A DNA stretch of 44,504 nucleotides, from assembly GCA_045592865.1 (NCBI GenBank), contig JAZNVP010000022.1, forward strand, positions 1 to 44,504, in the 5' to 3' direction. The first letter of the stretch is position 1. Every line of letters starts with the position of its first letter. The DNA comes from Oscillospiraceae bacterium. GTDB taxonomy: Bacteria; Bacillota; Clostridia; Oscillospirales; JAGBHD01. Shown one piece after another: positions 1 to 9,168 of the stretch. The translations under genes were made by a program, and so were the position numbers. The notes under the pieces were generated by a model. The model did no database searches. It was not told the DNA's origin and saw only the letters and a program-made list of their open reading frames with translations.

Positions 1-377
1 CCTCTCCTCTCGGCGACCCTCTCGGTTTTTTAAGCACTCCGCCCTTGGTTTTCATTCCTGCAGATCAGGTAAATGCAGAAATTCTTTGCGAGAATGCTTC
101 TGAGTTGGGTCTTACAGCCGTTAAGGGAATAATCGCTTCGGGCGACCAGTTTGTTTGCACACCCGAAAAGAAGGAGTTTATAAAGTCTAATTTCGGAGCC
201 ATTGCCTGTGAAATGGAAGGCGCCGCTATCGGTCACGTTTGTTATCTCTCGGGGGTTCCGTTCGTTGTTCTCAGAGCCATATCGGACGGCTCTAACGACA
301 GTTCCGCGGTCGACTTCCCCACATTTGCCAAAATGGCGGCAGACAATTCAGCATCGCTCTTAAAAACATTATTCTGA
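1..377 (+). CDS. mtnN: 5'-methylthioadenosine/S-adenosylhomocysteine nucleosidase, 5'-truncated by window edge
   Basis: Frame is open from base 3; motifs IASGDQF, ACEMEGAAIGHVC, FVVLRAISD. Confidence 0.9.
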   Translation, partial: SPLGDPLGFLSTPPLVFIPADQVNAEILCENASELGLTAVKGIIASGDQFVCTPEKKEFIKSNFGAIACEMEGAAIGHVCYLSGVPFVVLRAISDGSNDSSAVDFPTFAKMAADNSASLLKTLF

Positions 378-384
378 AAAATTT

Positions 385-417
385 AAAGAACGCTTGCAAT
401 AAATGCAAGCGTTCTTT
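385..417. terminator. Bidirectional intrinsic terminator between convergent mtnN and TM2 gene
   Basis: AAAGAACGCTTGCA-ataaa-TGCAAGCGTTCTTT perfect inverted repeat. Confidence 0.85.
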
Positions 418-418
418 T

Positions 419-829
419 TCATACGTAATAAATTGTTGGTTTTAAGAGAATCGCTATAAAATCTATCAAAACACCTATTCCAAACAATCCACCGGTAAAT
501 ATATAAAGAATACCCATTCCTGCTTTTTCTTCATAAAATTTATGTGCTCCAAAAAAGCCTAAAAAGAAACATAGAGCAAGCGACACCCATTTATTTTTAG
601 GCTTCCCTACTCGCCCCGCAAAAACTGCGTTTTTATTAACATTTGTATTCGTATTAGTATTTTCATTGTTGATTACTATACTCGGCTGAGATTGTGCACT
701 TTTCAGTTCCTCAACCTGCCTTCCACAAGCACTGCACACTACAGCTTCCTCTAATATTTTTGCCGCGCAGTATTTGCAAAACTTTGTTTTTACGATTTCA
801 GTTGCCTGATTTTCTCCTGTATTTTCCAT
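419..829 (-). CDS. Zinc-ribbon + TM2-domain membrane protein
   Basis: FCKYC...VCSACG zinc ribbon; C-terminal KNKWVSLALCFFLGFFGAHKFY...GILYIFTGGLFGIGVLID TM2 signature. Confidence 0.85.
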   Translation of the reverse strand: MENTGENQATEIVKTKFCKYCAAKILEEAVVCSACGRQVEELKSAQSQPSIVINNENTNTNTNVNKNAVFAGRVGKPKNKWVSLALCFFLGFFGAHKFYEEKAGMGILYIFTGGLFGIGVLIDFIAILLKPTIYYV

Positions 830-862
830 CTATATTCCCCCTAATGTAAATTTAGTAGGTTC

Positions 863-891
863 ATTTTAACACATAAGTGTTCAATTGTCAA
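863..891 (-). promoter_or_regulatory. SigA-type promoter of TM2 gene
   Basis: TTGACA (891-886), 17 bp, extended -10 TGtTAAAAT (868-863). Confidence 0.7.
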
Positions 892-949
892 CATATGTGT
901 TCATAAAAGGACATTTTTTCTCGTAGAATAGAGACACGAGGTGAAAAAA

Positions 950-1189
950 ATGTATGAACCTACACTTGATCCCAAAGCCGTCGGGCGCGTTATAGCATAT
1001 TTCCGCACTAAAAGCAATATGTCCCAGGAAGTTTTGAGTGGTCTTGCAGATATAGGAAGAAGCCACTTAAGTGCTATTGAAAGAGGCGAAAGAAAGCCAA
1101 CTTTAGAAACTCTTTACCGCATATGTTCCGCTTTAGGCGTTAAAATGAGCATTGTCGTTCAAAAGCTTGAAGACGATATTGAAAAATAA
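950..1189 (+). CDS. XRE/Cro-CI family HTH transcriptional regulator
   Basis: MSQEVLSGLADIGRSHLSAIERGERKPTLETL HTH_3 pattern; GAGGTG RBS precedes ATG at 950 (ORF track start 941). Confidence 0.88.
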   Translation: MYEPTLDPKAVGRVIAYFRTKSNMSQEVLSGLADIGRSHLSAIERGERKPTLETLYRICSALGVKMSIVVQKLEDDIEK

Positions 1190-1230
1190 AAAACATCCCA
1201 AAAAGGAAAATTCCTTTTCGGGATGTTTTT
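1189..1230. terminator. Bidirectional terminator between XRE gene and trxB
   Basis: AAAAACATCCC...GGGATGTTTTT stem with inner AAAGGAA/TTCCTTT pairing. Confidence 0.8.
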
Positions 1231-1233
1231 TAT

Positions 1234-2136
1234 TTAAAGATTATCAACGTAATCACAAGCGGCAAGAGCGGCTATTGCGCCGTCTGCGGCAGCGGTTGCA
1301 ACCTGACGGATTTTTTTCTTCCGGCAGTCTCCCGCAACAAAAATTCCGCTTTTGTTTGTTGTGCAGTTTTCGTCTGCATCAACATATCCTCGCTCGTCGA
1401 GTGTTATAAGGTCTGAAAGCATCTCGTTCTGGGGAATAAGACCTATCGCAACGAACATTCCGTCGATCTCGATATCGGTCTTTTCTCCGTTTTCGCCTTT
1501 AACGGTTATTCCCTTAAGTTCCTTATCGCCGATCAAGCTATCGACGGTCGTGTTTAAAATAACCTCGATATTATCTTTACCGTAAACCTGCTCGGAGAGT
1601 TTTTCCTCGCCCGTTAAGAAGCCGAGGTTCTGAACGAGATACACCTTTTTAGCAAGGTCGGAAAGAAGAAGCGCTTCCTGAAGAGCCGAGTTTCCGCCGC
1701 CGATAACCGCAACGGTTTTGCCCGTATAGAAGGCGCCGTCGCAAACCGCGCAGAAAGAAATTCCCTCGCCGACGAACTCCTCTTCTCTTTCGAGCCCCAA
1801 CATTCTGTGACGCGCACCCGTTGCAACGATAACAGACTTTCCTTCAAATTCTCCCGAATCGGTTACGACGGTTTTAATGTCCCCGTCTTTAACCGAGAGA
1901 ACCTCTGCAAGTTCAACGTCTGCGCCCTGCTCCAAGACCTGCTCGACCAGTTTCTCGGCAAATTCATTTCCCGAAAGACTGATAAAGCCGGGGATATTCT
2001 CTACCTTTGGGGAATAGGTGATCTGTCCGCCAAAGCTTCCCTTTTCAATTACAAGCACCGATTTGTTAGCCCTACGTGCATATAGGGCGGCGACGAGCCC
2101 CGCAGGTCCGCCGCCGATTATAATTATATCATGCAT
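1234..2136 (-). CDS. trxB: Thioredoxin-disulfide reductase
   Basis: GGGPAG FAD motif, FCAVCDG redox pair, GGGNSA NADPH motif, IFVAGD, RQVATAAADG. Confidence 0.9.
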   Translation of the reverse strand: MHDIIIIGGGPAGLVAALYARRANKSVLVIEKGSFGGQITYSPKVENIPGFISLSGNEFAEKLVEQVLEQGADVELAEVLSVKDGDIKTVVTDSGEFEGKSVIVATGARHRMLGLEREEEFVGEGISFCAVCDGAFYTGKTVAVIGGGNSALQEALLLSDLAKKVYLVQNLGFLTGEEKLSEQVYGKDNIEVILNTTVDSLIGDKELKGITVKGENGEKTDIEIDGMFVAIGLIPQNEMLSDLITLDERGYVDADENCTTNKSGIFVAGDCRKKKIRQVATAAADGAIAALAACDYVDNL

Positions 2137-2152
2137 AAAAATTCCCTAAACT

Positions 2153-4522
2153 TTAAGCGTTAAGATATTTTTTGATATCCGAAACGCCAACGTATTTACT
2201 AGCAGCTCCGTTCTCGATAACAACGAGTGTGGGAGCCTGCTTGATGCCGAACTTCTCAACGAGGTCAGCGTGTTCGTTAGCAAGAAGCTTTTCATACTTA
2301 ACACCTGCTTTATCAAGGAAGGTGCAAGCAATTTTGCAGTTGGGGCAGGTTGCCGTTGTAAAGAGAAGTGTTTCACTCTCTGCGCAGCAGCATTCTTCTA
2401 CTGCTTCTGCCTCGTCCTTATAAACAGGGCCGTCGTGAGTGAGCTTAGAATTCTCAACGTCGTAAACCTTTCTATCCTTATACTCCTGCGCTTTTCCGTC
2501 GTTCCAGTTCTGAACGGGACGGTAGTAACCGGTGATTCGGCTATAAACCTCGGTGTTCTCTCCGCAGTCGGGGCAGCTGTGCGACTCACCCGCAATATAT
2601 CCGTGGTTTTTGCAAACCGAATATGTGGGAGAAAGGGTATAGTAAGGAAGCTTATAGTTCTCAGCTATCTTGCGAACGAGCTTTGCAGCAGCAGACCAAT
2701 CAGGAAGCTTTTCACCGAGGAATGCGTGGAATACGGTTCCCGAGGTGTAAAGGGTCTGGAGGTCGTCCTGAACGTCAAGAGCGGTGAATATATCTTCGGT
2801 ATATCCAACGGGGAGATGCGAACTGTTGGTGTAGTAAGGAGTATCGTTCTCGCATTTTGCCGCAGTGATAATGTCGGGATAGTGCTTCTTGTCGTGCTTA
2901 GCAAGACGGAAAGAGGTCGACTCAGCAGGTGTTGCTTCGAGGTTGTAAAGATCGCCATACTCTTCCTGATAGTCGGAAAGGCGCTCTCTCATATGGTTAA
3001 GAACGTCCTGCGTGAACTTCTGAACCTTCTCGTTTGTGAGGTCTGCCTTAAGCCATTTTGCGTTAAGACCTGCCTCGTTCATACCAACGAGACCGATGGT
3101 GGAGAAGTGGTTGTTGAAGGTTCCGAGGTATCTCTTGGTGTAAGGATAGAGGCCTGCATCTAAAAGCTTGGTTATAACGGTTCTCTTAACCTTTAAGGAA
3201 CGTGCCGAGATATCCATAAGTCTGTCAAGACGGTTATAGAAATCCTTTTCGTCCTTTGCAAGATAAGCAATTCTGGGCATATTGATGGTAACAACGCCAA
3301 CCGAACCGGTCGACTCACCGCTTCCGAAGAAGCCGCCCGACTTCTTTCTGAGTTCACGAAGGTCAAGACGGAGTCTGCAGCACATTGAACGAACGTCGCT
3401 GGGTTCCATATCACTGTTGATGTAGTTGGAGAAGTAAGGCGTTCCGTATTTCGCGGTCATCTCGAAGAGAAGTCTGTTGTTCTCGGTGTCAGACCAGTCG
3501 AAATCACGGGTGATAGAATAGGTAGGAATAGGATACTGGAAGCCTCTTCCGTTAGCGTCACCCTCGATCATGATCTCGATGAATGCGCGGTTAACCATAT
3601 CCATCTCTTTTTTACAGTCTTTATATTTAAAGTCCATCTCCTTGCCGCCAACAATACAGTTGAGTTCAGCAAGGTCGTTAGGAACGGTCCAGTCGAGAGT
3701 TATATTGGTAAAGGGCGACTGGGTTCCCCAACGGGAAGGTGTGTTAACACCGTAGATAAAGCTCTGGATGCACTGCTTAACCTCTTTATAAGAAAGGTTA
3801 TCAACCTTAACGAAAGGAGCGAGATATGTGTCAAACGAGCTGAATGCCTGAGCACCTGCCCACTCGTTCTGCATAATGCCTAAGAAGTTTACCATCTGGT
3901 TGCAGAGCGTTGAAAGGTGACTTGCAGGCGCCGAGGTGATCTTTCCGGGAACGCCGCCGAGGCCCTCCTGGATAAGCTGCTTCAAAGACCAACCTGCACA
4001 GTAACCTGTGAGCATGGAAAGGTCGTGAATGTGGATATCTGCGTTTCTGTGAGCGTTGCCGATCTCATCGTCATAGATCTCGCAAAGCCAATAGTTTGCA
4101 GTTACCGCACCCGAGTTTGAAAGGATAAGTCCGCCAACCGAATAGGTAACGGTGGAGTTCTCCTTAACTCGCCAGTCGTTAATATTAAGGTAGTTGTCAA
4201 CAATAGCCTTATAGTCAACCATTGTTGCGTTGAGGTTACGGATCTTTTCTCTCTGACGGCGGTAGATAATGTATGCTTTGGAAACATCATCATAACCTGC
4301 CTTTATAAGAACCGATTCAACACTATCCTGAATGTGCTCAACCGAAATAGTTCCGTCTTCAATTTTGGGCTCGAAGTCTGCAGTAACCTTAAGAGCAAGA
4401 AAGTCAATAATATCCTGGTTATACTGCTTCTGACAAGCATCAAATGCCTGCGAGATAGCGGTGCTGATCTTAGCAATATCAAAGTTTACGAGTTTGCCAT
4501 CTCTTTTTAAAACATTATACAT
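2153..4522 (-). CDS. nrdD: Anaerobic (class III) ribonucleoside-triphosphate reductase with N-terminal ATP cone and C-terminal glutaredoxin/NrdH-like domain
   Basis: VLKRDG ATP cone; SMCCRL finger loop; EATPAES; CKNH/CPDC metal site; YSRITGYY glycyl radical motif; C-terminal TCPNC...QAPT; GGAGG RBS before ATG 4522. Confidence 0.95.
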   Translation of the reverse strand: MYNVLKRDGKLVNFDIAKISTAISQAFDACQKQYNQDIIDFLALKVTADFEPKIEDGTISVEHIQDSVESVLIKAGYDDVSKAYIIYRRQREKIRNLNATMVDYKAIVDNYLNINDWRVKENSTVTYSVGGLILSNSGAVTANYWLCEIYDDEIGNAHRNADIHIHDLSMLTGYCAGWSLKQLIQEGLGGVPGKITSAPASHLSTLCNQMVNFLGIMQNEWAGAQAFSSFDTYLAPFVKVDNLSYKEVKQCIQSFIYGVNTPSRWGTQSPFTNITLDWTVPNDLAELNCIVGGKEMDFKYKDCKKEMDMVNRAFIEIMIEGDANGRGFQYPIPTYSITRDFDWSDTENNRLLFEMTAKYGTPYFSNYINSDMEPSDVRSMCCRLRLDLRELRKKSGGFFGSGESTGSVGVVTINMPRIAYLAKDEKDFYNRLDRLMDISARSLKVKRTVITKLLDAGLYPYTKRYLGTFNNHFSTIGLVGMNEAGLNAKWLKADLTNEKVQKFTQDVLNHMRERLSDYQEEYGDLYNLEATPAESTSFRLAKHDKKHYPDIITAAKCENDTPYYTNSSHLPVGYTEDIFTALDVQDDLQTLYTSGTVFHAFLGEKLPDWSAAAKLVRKIAENYKLPYYTLSPTYSVCKNHGYIAGESHSCPDCGENTEVYSRITGYYRPVQNWNDGKAQEYKDRKVYDVENSKLTHDGPVYKDEAEAVEECCCAESETLLFTTATCPNCKIACTFLDKAGVKYEKLLANEHADLVEKFGIKQAPTLVVIENGAASKYVGVSDIKKYLNA

Positions 4523-4614
4523 ATTTTTTCCTCCCTTTTTATTTATCCCCACAAACATTGCAAAAATTTTGGGTCTCTACACTGCCGTGGTGGCTTTTTT
4601 CGTGTTCGAGACCC

Positions 4615-4643
4615 ATTATACCGCATATATAGTGTTATGTCAA
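4615..4643 (-). promoter_or_regulatory. Consensus SigA promoter of nrdD-trxB
   Basis: TTGACA (4643-4638), 17 bp, TATAAT (4620-4615). Confidence 0.85.
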
Positions 4644-4667
4644 TAGAAAAAACACAAGATTTTGTGT
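4620..4667. promoter_or_regulatory. Tandem NrdR boxes
   Basis: ACACTATATATGCGGT (minus, 4635-4620) and ACACAAGATTTTGTGT (4652-4667) match acaCwAtATaTwGtgt; 32 bp apart, directly upstream of nrdD. Confidence 0.85.
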
Positions 4668-4671
4668 TTTT

Positions 4672-5358
4672 TTATTTTCCTCTGATAAAGGTGTTTTTAA
4701 CGTATTTTTCCGCTTTTTCTCTCATTTTTTGCAGAATTTCGTCGCTTACGGGCGCAAGACCCGTTTCTATCGTGTCGCCCGAATCAACGAAGTTCTGCAG
4801 GTAATATTTCTGCTCTCCATGAGTCCATTTCGCTATTTCTTCAATATCCTCTGCGGTGTGAAGATCTCTCGAAACGGTCGTTCTGAACTCGAACGGAACT
4901 CCGCTGTTTCTTAAAATTCCGATGCTCTTTTCGATATCCGAAAGATCCACCGAAATTCCGCAGGTTTCATTATATTTTTCCTTTTTGTTTTTTATGTCCA
5001 TCGCAACGTAGTCTAAAAGGCCCTCGTCGAGAAGTTCTTTTAGAATGTCGGGACGGCTTCCGTTGGTGTCGAGCTTTATAAGAAAGCCTAACTCTTTCAC
5101 CTTTCTTATAAAGGAACCGATCTCTTTATGCAGAAGCGGTTCTCCGCCCGTTATAACAAGACCGTCTATCATTCCGCTTCTCTTTTTGAGATAGGAAAGG
5201 ACCTCTTCTTCCGAAACCGTATAATCGTCGATATGGGTAACGAGCCCTGCGTTGTGGCAAAAGGGGCATCTGAAATTACAGCCCTTTGTGAAAACCGTGC
5301 AGGCAACCTTTTCGGGAAAGTCGAGTAGTGTTAATTTTTGAAATCCGCCGAACTCCAT
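4672..5358 (-). CDS. nrdG: Class III RNR activating enzyme (radical SAM)
   Basis: CNFRCPFCHN, ITGGEP, KLDTNGS, YVAMDIK; adjacent to nrdD. Confidence 0.92.
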   Translation of the reverse strand: MEFGGFQKLTLLDFPEKVACTVFTKGCNFRCPFCHNAGLVTHIDDYTVSEEEVLSYLKKRSGMIDGLVITGGEPLLHKEIGSFIRKVKELGFLIKLDTNGSRPDILKELLDEGLLDYVAMDIKNKKEKYNETCGISVDLSDIEKSIGILRNSGVPFEFRTTVSRDLHTAEDIEEIAKWTHGEQKYYLQNFVDSGDTIETGLAPVSDEILQKMREKAEKYVKNTFIRGK

Positions 5359-5428
5359 AAAAATTCCTCCGTTCTGATCTTTATAAATTATATCTCTTCT
5401 CCCCCGTTTTCGTCAAGAGCATAAAAAT

Positions 5429-5456
5429 AACAGCGGAAGAAATCTCTTCCGCTGTT
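5429..5456 (-). terminator. Terminator after gpmI
   Basis: AACAGCGGAAGA/TCTTCCGCTGTT hairpin followed by T-rich tract on minus strand. Confidence 0.8.
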
Positions 5457-5465
5457 TTAGTTTAA

Positions 5466-6983
5466 TTAGTGAGCGATAAGGCTCTCGCCGTCCATCTCTT
5501 CGGGCTTTTCTATTCCAAGGATCTCGAGCATCGTGGGAGCGATATCAGCGAGCACTCCGCCTTCTCTGAGTTCACAGGGATATCCAACAACCGTTAAAGG
5601 AACGGGGTTAGTGGTGTGAGCCGTGAAGGGAGCGCCGTCGGGCTCATACATCTGATCTGCATTTCCGTGGTCTGCGGTTATAATAGCCGCTCCACCCGCT
5701 TCTAAAACTGCGTTAACCACTCTCGCAAGACACTTGTCAACCGCCTCAACCGCCGCTTTTGCCGCGTCGAACACACCTGTGTGTCCAACCATATCGCAGT
5801 TAGCAAAGTTGAGAACGATAACGTCGTATTTTCCGCTCTCTACTCGTTTTACGCACTCGTCGGTAACGGGGTATGCGCTCATTTCGGGCATAAGGTCGTA
5901 GGTTGCAACCTTGGGAGAAGCGATAAGCGCTCTGTCCTCACCCTCGGTGGGAGCCTCAACGCCGCCGTTGAAGAAGAAGGTAACGTGGGCATACTTCTCG
6001 GTTTCTGCAATTCTGAGCTGAGTTTTTCCGTTAGATGCAAGAATTTCGCCGAAGGTGTTGGTAAGCTTCTGAGGCTTGAATGCCACCGACACGTCCTCGA
6101 TGGTTGCATCATACTGGGTCATACAAACAAACTCGGTAGGAATGTAGCCGCCTTTTCTCTCGAAACCTGCGAAATCTTTATCGTGGATAGCGCGGGTTAT
6201 CTCTCTTGCTCTGTCGGGGCGGAAGTTAAAGAAGATAACGCTGTCACCCTCGTTCATTCCGCCATAGCCCTCTCTTGCCGCAGGAATAACGAACTCGTCG
6301 GTAACCTCTTCCTTGTAACTTAATCTGATAGCGTCACCTGCATTAGTAAAGCTCTTTCCCTCGCCGAGAACGATAGCGTTATACGCAAGTTCAACACGCT
6401 CAAATCTGTTGTCTCTGTCCATCGCGTAGTATCTGCCCATAACCGAAGCTATAGTGCCAACTCCGAGTTTATCCATCTCGGACTGAAGCGCATCGGCAAA
6501 GTCTGCGCCTGAACTGGGGGGAACGTCTCTTCCGTCCATAAAGCAGTGAACGTATACCTTCTCAAGACCCTGAAGCTTTGCTAATTTCAATAGGGCGAAA
6601 AGATGCTCAATGTGGCTATGAACTCCACCGTCGGAAAGAAGGCCCATAAGGTGAAGTGCAGAGTCGTTCTTTTTGCAGTTCTCGACTGCCGATAGAAACG
6701 CCTCGTTGGAGAAAAACACTCCGTCTTTTATGCTTTTTGTTATTCTTGTAAGTTCCTGATAAACAATTCTTCCGGCACCGATATTAGTGTGACCTACCTC
6801 ACTGTTGCCCATCTGACCGTCGGGAAGACCAACGTCCATTCCCGAAGCGCCGATAAGCGTGGCGGGGTTTTCACCGAAAATTCTATCAATATTAGGCTTA
6901 TCTGCCGCTTCTATTGCGTTTCCGTAAGTCTCGGGATTGTTTCCGAAACCGTCAAGAATAATAAGCGCTAAAGGTTTTTTCAT
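5466..6983 (-). CDS. gpmI: 2,3-bisphosphoglycerate-independent phosphoglycerate mutase
   Basis: LIILDGFG, MGNSEVGH, GRYYAMDRD, AETEKYAHVT, DMVGHTG, TADHGN. Confidence 0.97.
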   Translation of the reverse strand: MKKPLALIILDGFGNNPETYGNAIEAADKPNIDRIFGENPATLIGASGMDVGLPDGQMGNSEVGHTNIGAGRIVYQELTRITKSIKDGVFFSNEAFLSAVENCKKNDSALHLMGLLSDGGVHSHIEHLFALLKLAKLQGLEKVYVHCFMDGRDVPPSSGADFADALQSEMDKLGVGTIASVMGRYYAMDRDNRFERVELAYNAIVLGEGKSFTNAGDAIRLSYKEEVTDEFVIPAAREGYGGMNEGDSVIFFNFRPDRAREITRAIHDKDFAGFERKGGYIPTEFVCMTQYDATIEDVSVAFKPQKLTNTFGEILASNGKTQLRIAETEKYAHVTFFFNGGVEAPTEGEDRALIASPKVATYDLMPEMSAYPVTDECVKRVESGKYDVIVLNFANCDMVGHTGVFDAAKAAVEAVDKCLARVVNAVLEAGGAAIITADHGNADQMYEPDGAPFTAHTTNPVPLTVVGYPCELREGGVLADIAPTMLEILGIEKPEEMDGESLIAH

Positions 6984-7000
6984 ATCCTGATTCTCCCTTA

Positions 7001-7768
7001 TTATTTAGATCCTGCAGTAACGATTACCGAGAAGTCTGCCGCTTTGAGCGATGCACCGCCGATAAGTCCGCCGTCAACGTCTTCCTTGGAAAGAAGCTCG
7101 TCGCAGTTTCCTGCATTCATAGATCCGCCATACTGAATGGTGAGTCCGTCTGCAGCAGCCTTGTTATAAAGATCTGCAACAACATTTCTTATAAGTCCGC
7201 AAACCTCTGCAGCCTGATCGGAAGTTGCAGTCTTGCCTGTTCCGATTGCCCAAACAGGCTCGTAAGCGATAACAACGTTTTTGAGTTCTTCCTCGGTAAC
7301 GCCCGAAAGAGCGATCTTGGTCTGCATCGAAACGATCTCTGCAGTTATTCCTGCTTCTCTTTCTTCTAAGAGTTCGCCAACACAAAGAATGGGTTTTAAG
7401 CCCTTAGAAAGAGCCGCTTTAACTCTCTTGTTAACGGTCTCGTCGGTCTCGCCGAAATACTGACGTCTTTCAGAGTGGCCGAGAACAACGTATTCAACGC
7501 CAACCTCTTTAAGCATATCAGCCGAGATCTCACCTGTGAAAGCGCCGCTTTCAGCAAAATGGCAGTTCTCAGCGCCAACCTTGATGTTTGTTCCCTCGGT
7601 AAGTCTTACTGCGGTCTCAAGATTTGTGAAAGGAACGCAGATAACGACCTCACAGTCAGCCGATGCTACAAGGGGTTTTAATTCTTCAATTAAAGCCGCC
7701 GCTTCGGGACGGGTCTTGTTCATTTTCCAGTTTCCTGCGATAACGCATTTACGAAGATTTTTATTCAT
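7001..7768 (-). CDS. tpiA: Triosephosphate isomerase
   Basis: AGNWKMN, GHSERR, AYEPVWAIGTG, YGGS, GGASL. Confidence 0.98.
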   Translation of the reverse strand: MNKNLRKCVIAGNWKMNKTRPEAAALIEELKPLVASADCEVVICVPFTNLETAVRLTEGTNIKVGAENCHFAESGAFTGEISADMLKEVGVEYVVLGHSERRQYFGETDETVNKRVKAALSKGLKPILCVGELLEEREAGITAEIVSMQTKIALSGVTEEELKNVVIAYEPVWAIGTGKTATSDQAAEVCGLIRNVVADLYNKAAADGLTIQYGGSMNAGNCDELLSKEDVDGGLIGGASLKAADFSVIVTAGSK

Positions 7769-7792
7769 AGCTATTAACTCCTTTTTATTGAT

Positions 7793-7823
7793 AAAAGGCG
7801 GCGGTTTTGTCCGCCGCCCTTTT
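7793..7823 (-). terminator. Hairpin (terminator or mRNA-stabilising) between pgk and tpiA
   Basis: GGCGGCGG/CCGCCGCC stem flanked by A/T tracts. Confidence 0.6.
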
Positions 7824-7828
7824 GTTTA

Positions 7829-9124
7829 TTATTTATCGTTAAGACAAGCAATTCCGGGGAGTTCAAGACCCTCTAAGAATTCGAGGGAAGCACCGCCGCC
7901 GGTGGAAATGTGGGTCATCTTGTCTGCAAAGCCGAGCTTTTCGATAGCTGCCGCAGAGTCGCCGCCGCCGATGATGGAGATAGCGCCGCTTTCTGCAACT
8001 GCAGTTGCAACTGCTCTTGTTCCGCTTGCAAAGTTCTCCCACTCGGAAACGCCCATAGGTCCGTTCCAAACAACTGTTCCTGCGCTCTTTATAGCCTCAG
8101 CGAACATCTTCTCGGTCTTAGGTCCGATATCAAGGCCCATATATCCGTCGGGAATAGCCGTAGACTCAACGAACATAGCGTTGCAGTCGGGATCGTATTT
8201 GTCGCCAACCTTGTTGTCAACAGGGATCATAAACTTAACGCCCTTCTCTTCAGCCTTAGCCATCATTTCGAGAGCGAGGGAAACCTTGTCGTCTTCGCAG
8301 AGCGAGGTTCCGATCGAGTAACCCTTTGCTTTCATAAAGGTATATGCCATACCGCCGCCGATGATAAGAGTGTCAACCTTTTCGATAAGGTTGTTGATAA
8401 CTCCGATCTTATCGGAAACCTTTGCGCCGCCGAGGATAGCAACGAAGGGACGCTTAGGATCAGAAAGAGCCTTGCCCATTATGCCGATCTCTTTCTGGAT
8501 AAGGTATCCGCAAACTGCGGGGAGATAATCAGCAGCACCTGCGGTGGAAGCGTGAGCTCTGTGAGCGGTGCCGAATGCATCGTTAACGTAAATATCTGCC
8601 ATAGAAGCAAGTTCTTTTGCAAAGGTAGCATCGTTTTTCTCTTCACGAGCATCAAAACGAACGTTCTCGATAAGAACTGCCTTGCCGGGAGTTAAAGCTG
8701 CAACTTTAGCCTTAGCATCCTCGCCAACGATATCCTCAGCGAAGTTAACTGCTCCGTCGAGATACTCGTTGAGTTTATCTGCAACGGGCTTTAAAGTAAA
8801 CTTAGCCTTATCGCCCTCTGCTGCCTTAAGATATTCAGCCGTAGCCGCTGCCTGCTCGTTTTCAGGAAGTGCTGCAACTGCTTTTTTCTCTTTCTTGGAA
8901 AGGCCAAAGCCCTCTGTTAAAATGTTGTGGGGTTTGCCGAGATGTGAGCAAAGAATTACCATTGCTCCGTTTTCGAGAAGGTATTTAATGGTGGGTAATG
9001 CACCGATTATTCTCTTCTCACTTGTGATGACTCCGTTTTTCATAGGAACGTTAAAGTCGCAACGAACAAGAACTTTTTTGCCGTTAACACTGACGTCCTC
9101 AATAGATTTCTTATTGTAGGTCAT
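7829..9124 (-). CDS. pgk: Phosphoglycerate kinase with internal insertion
   Basis: [58 protein letters not shown]; GAAAGGAAG RBS before ATG 9124. Confidence 0.97.
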   Translation of the reverse strand: MTYNKKSIEDVSVNGKKVLVRCDFNVPMKNGVITSEKRIIGALPTIKYLLENGAMVILCSHLGKPHNILTEGFGLSKKEKKAVAALPENEQAAATAEYLKAAEGDKAKFTLKPVADKLNEYLDGAVNFAEDIVGEDAKAKVAALTPGKAVLIENVRFDAREEKNDATFAKELASMADIYVNDAFGTAHRAHASTAGAADYLPAVCGYLIQKEIGIMGKALSDPKRPFVAILGGAKVSDKIGVINNLIEKVDTLIIGGGMAYTFMKAKGYSIGTSLCEDDKVSLALEMMAKAEEKGVKFMIPVDNKVGDKYDPDCNAMFVESTAIPDGYMGLDIGPKTEKMFAEAIKSAGTVVWNGPMGVSEWENFASGTRAVATAVAESGAISIIGGGDSAAAIEKLGFADKMTHISTGGGASLEFLEGLELPGIACLNDK

Positions 9125-9168
9125 TGTTATCTTCCTTTCCATTAAATAATTTTTTAACAATCACAGTT

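Noticed and set aside
419-1189. Prophage
   Set aside because: Only two genes; no integrase, att repeats or structural genes
2270-3163. 297-aa plus-strand ORF
   Set aside because: Antisense shadow of nrdD with no recognisable motif; explained by codon bias
7536-8695. Two 261-aa plus-strand ORFs
   Set aside because: Antisense to tpiA and pgk; no independent evidence
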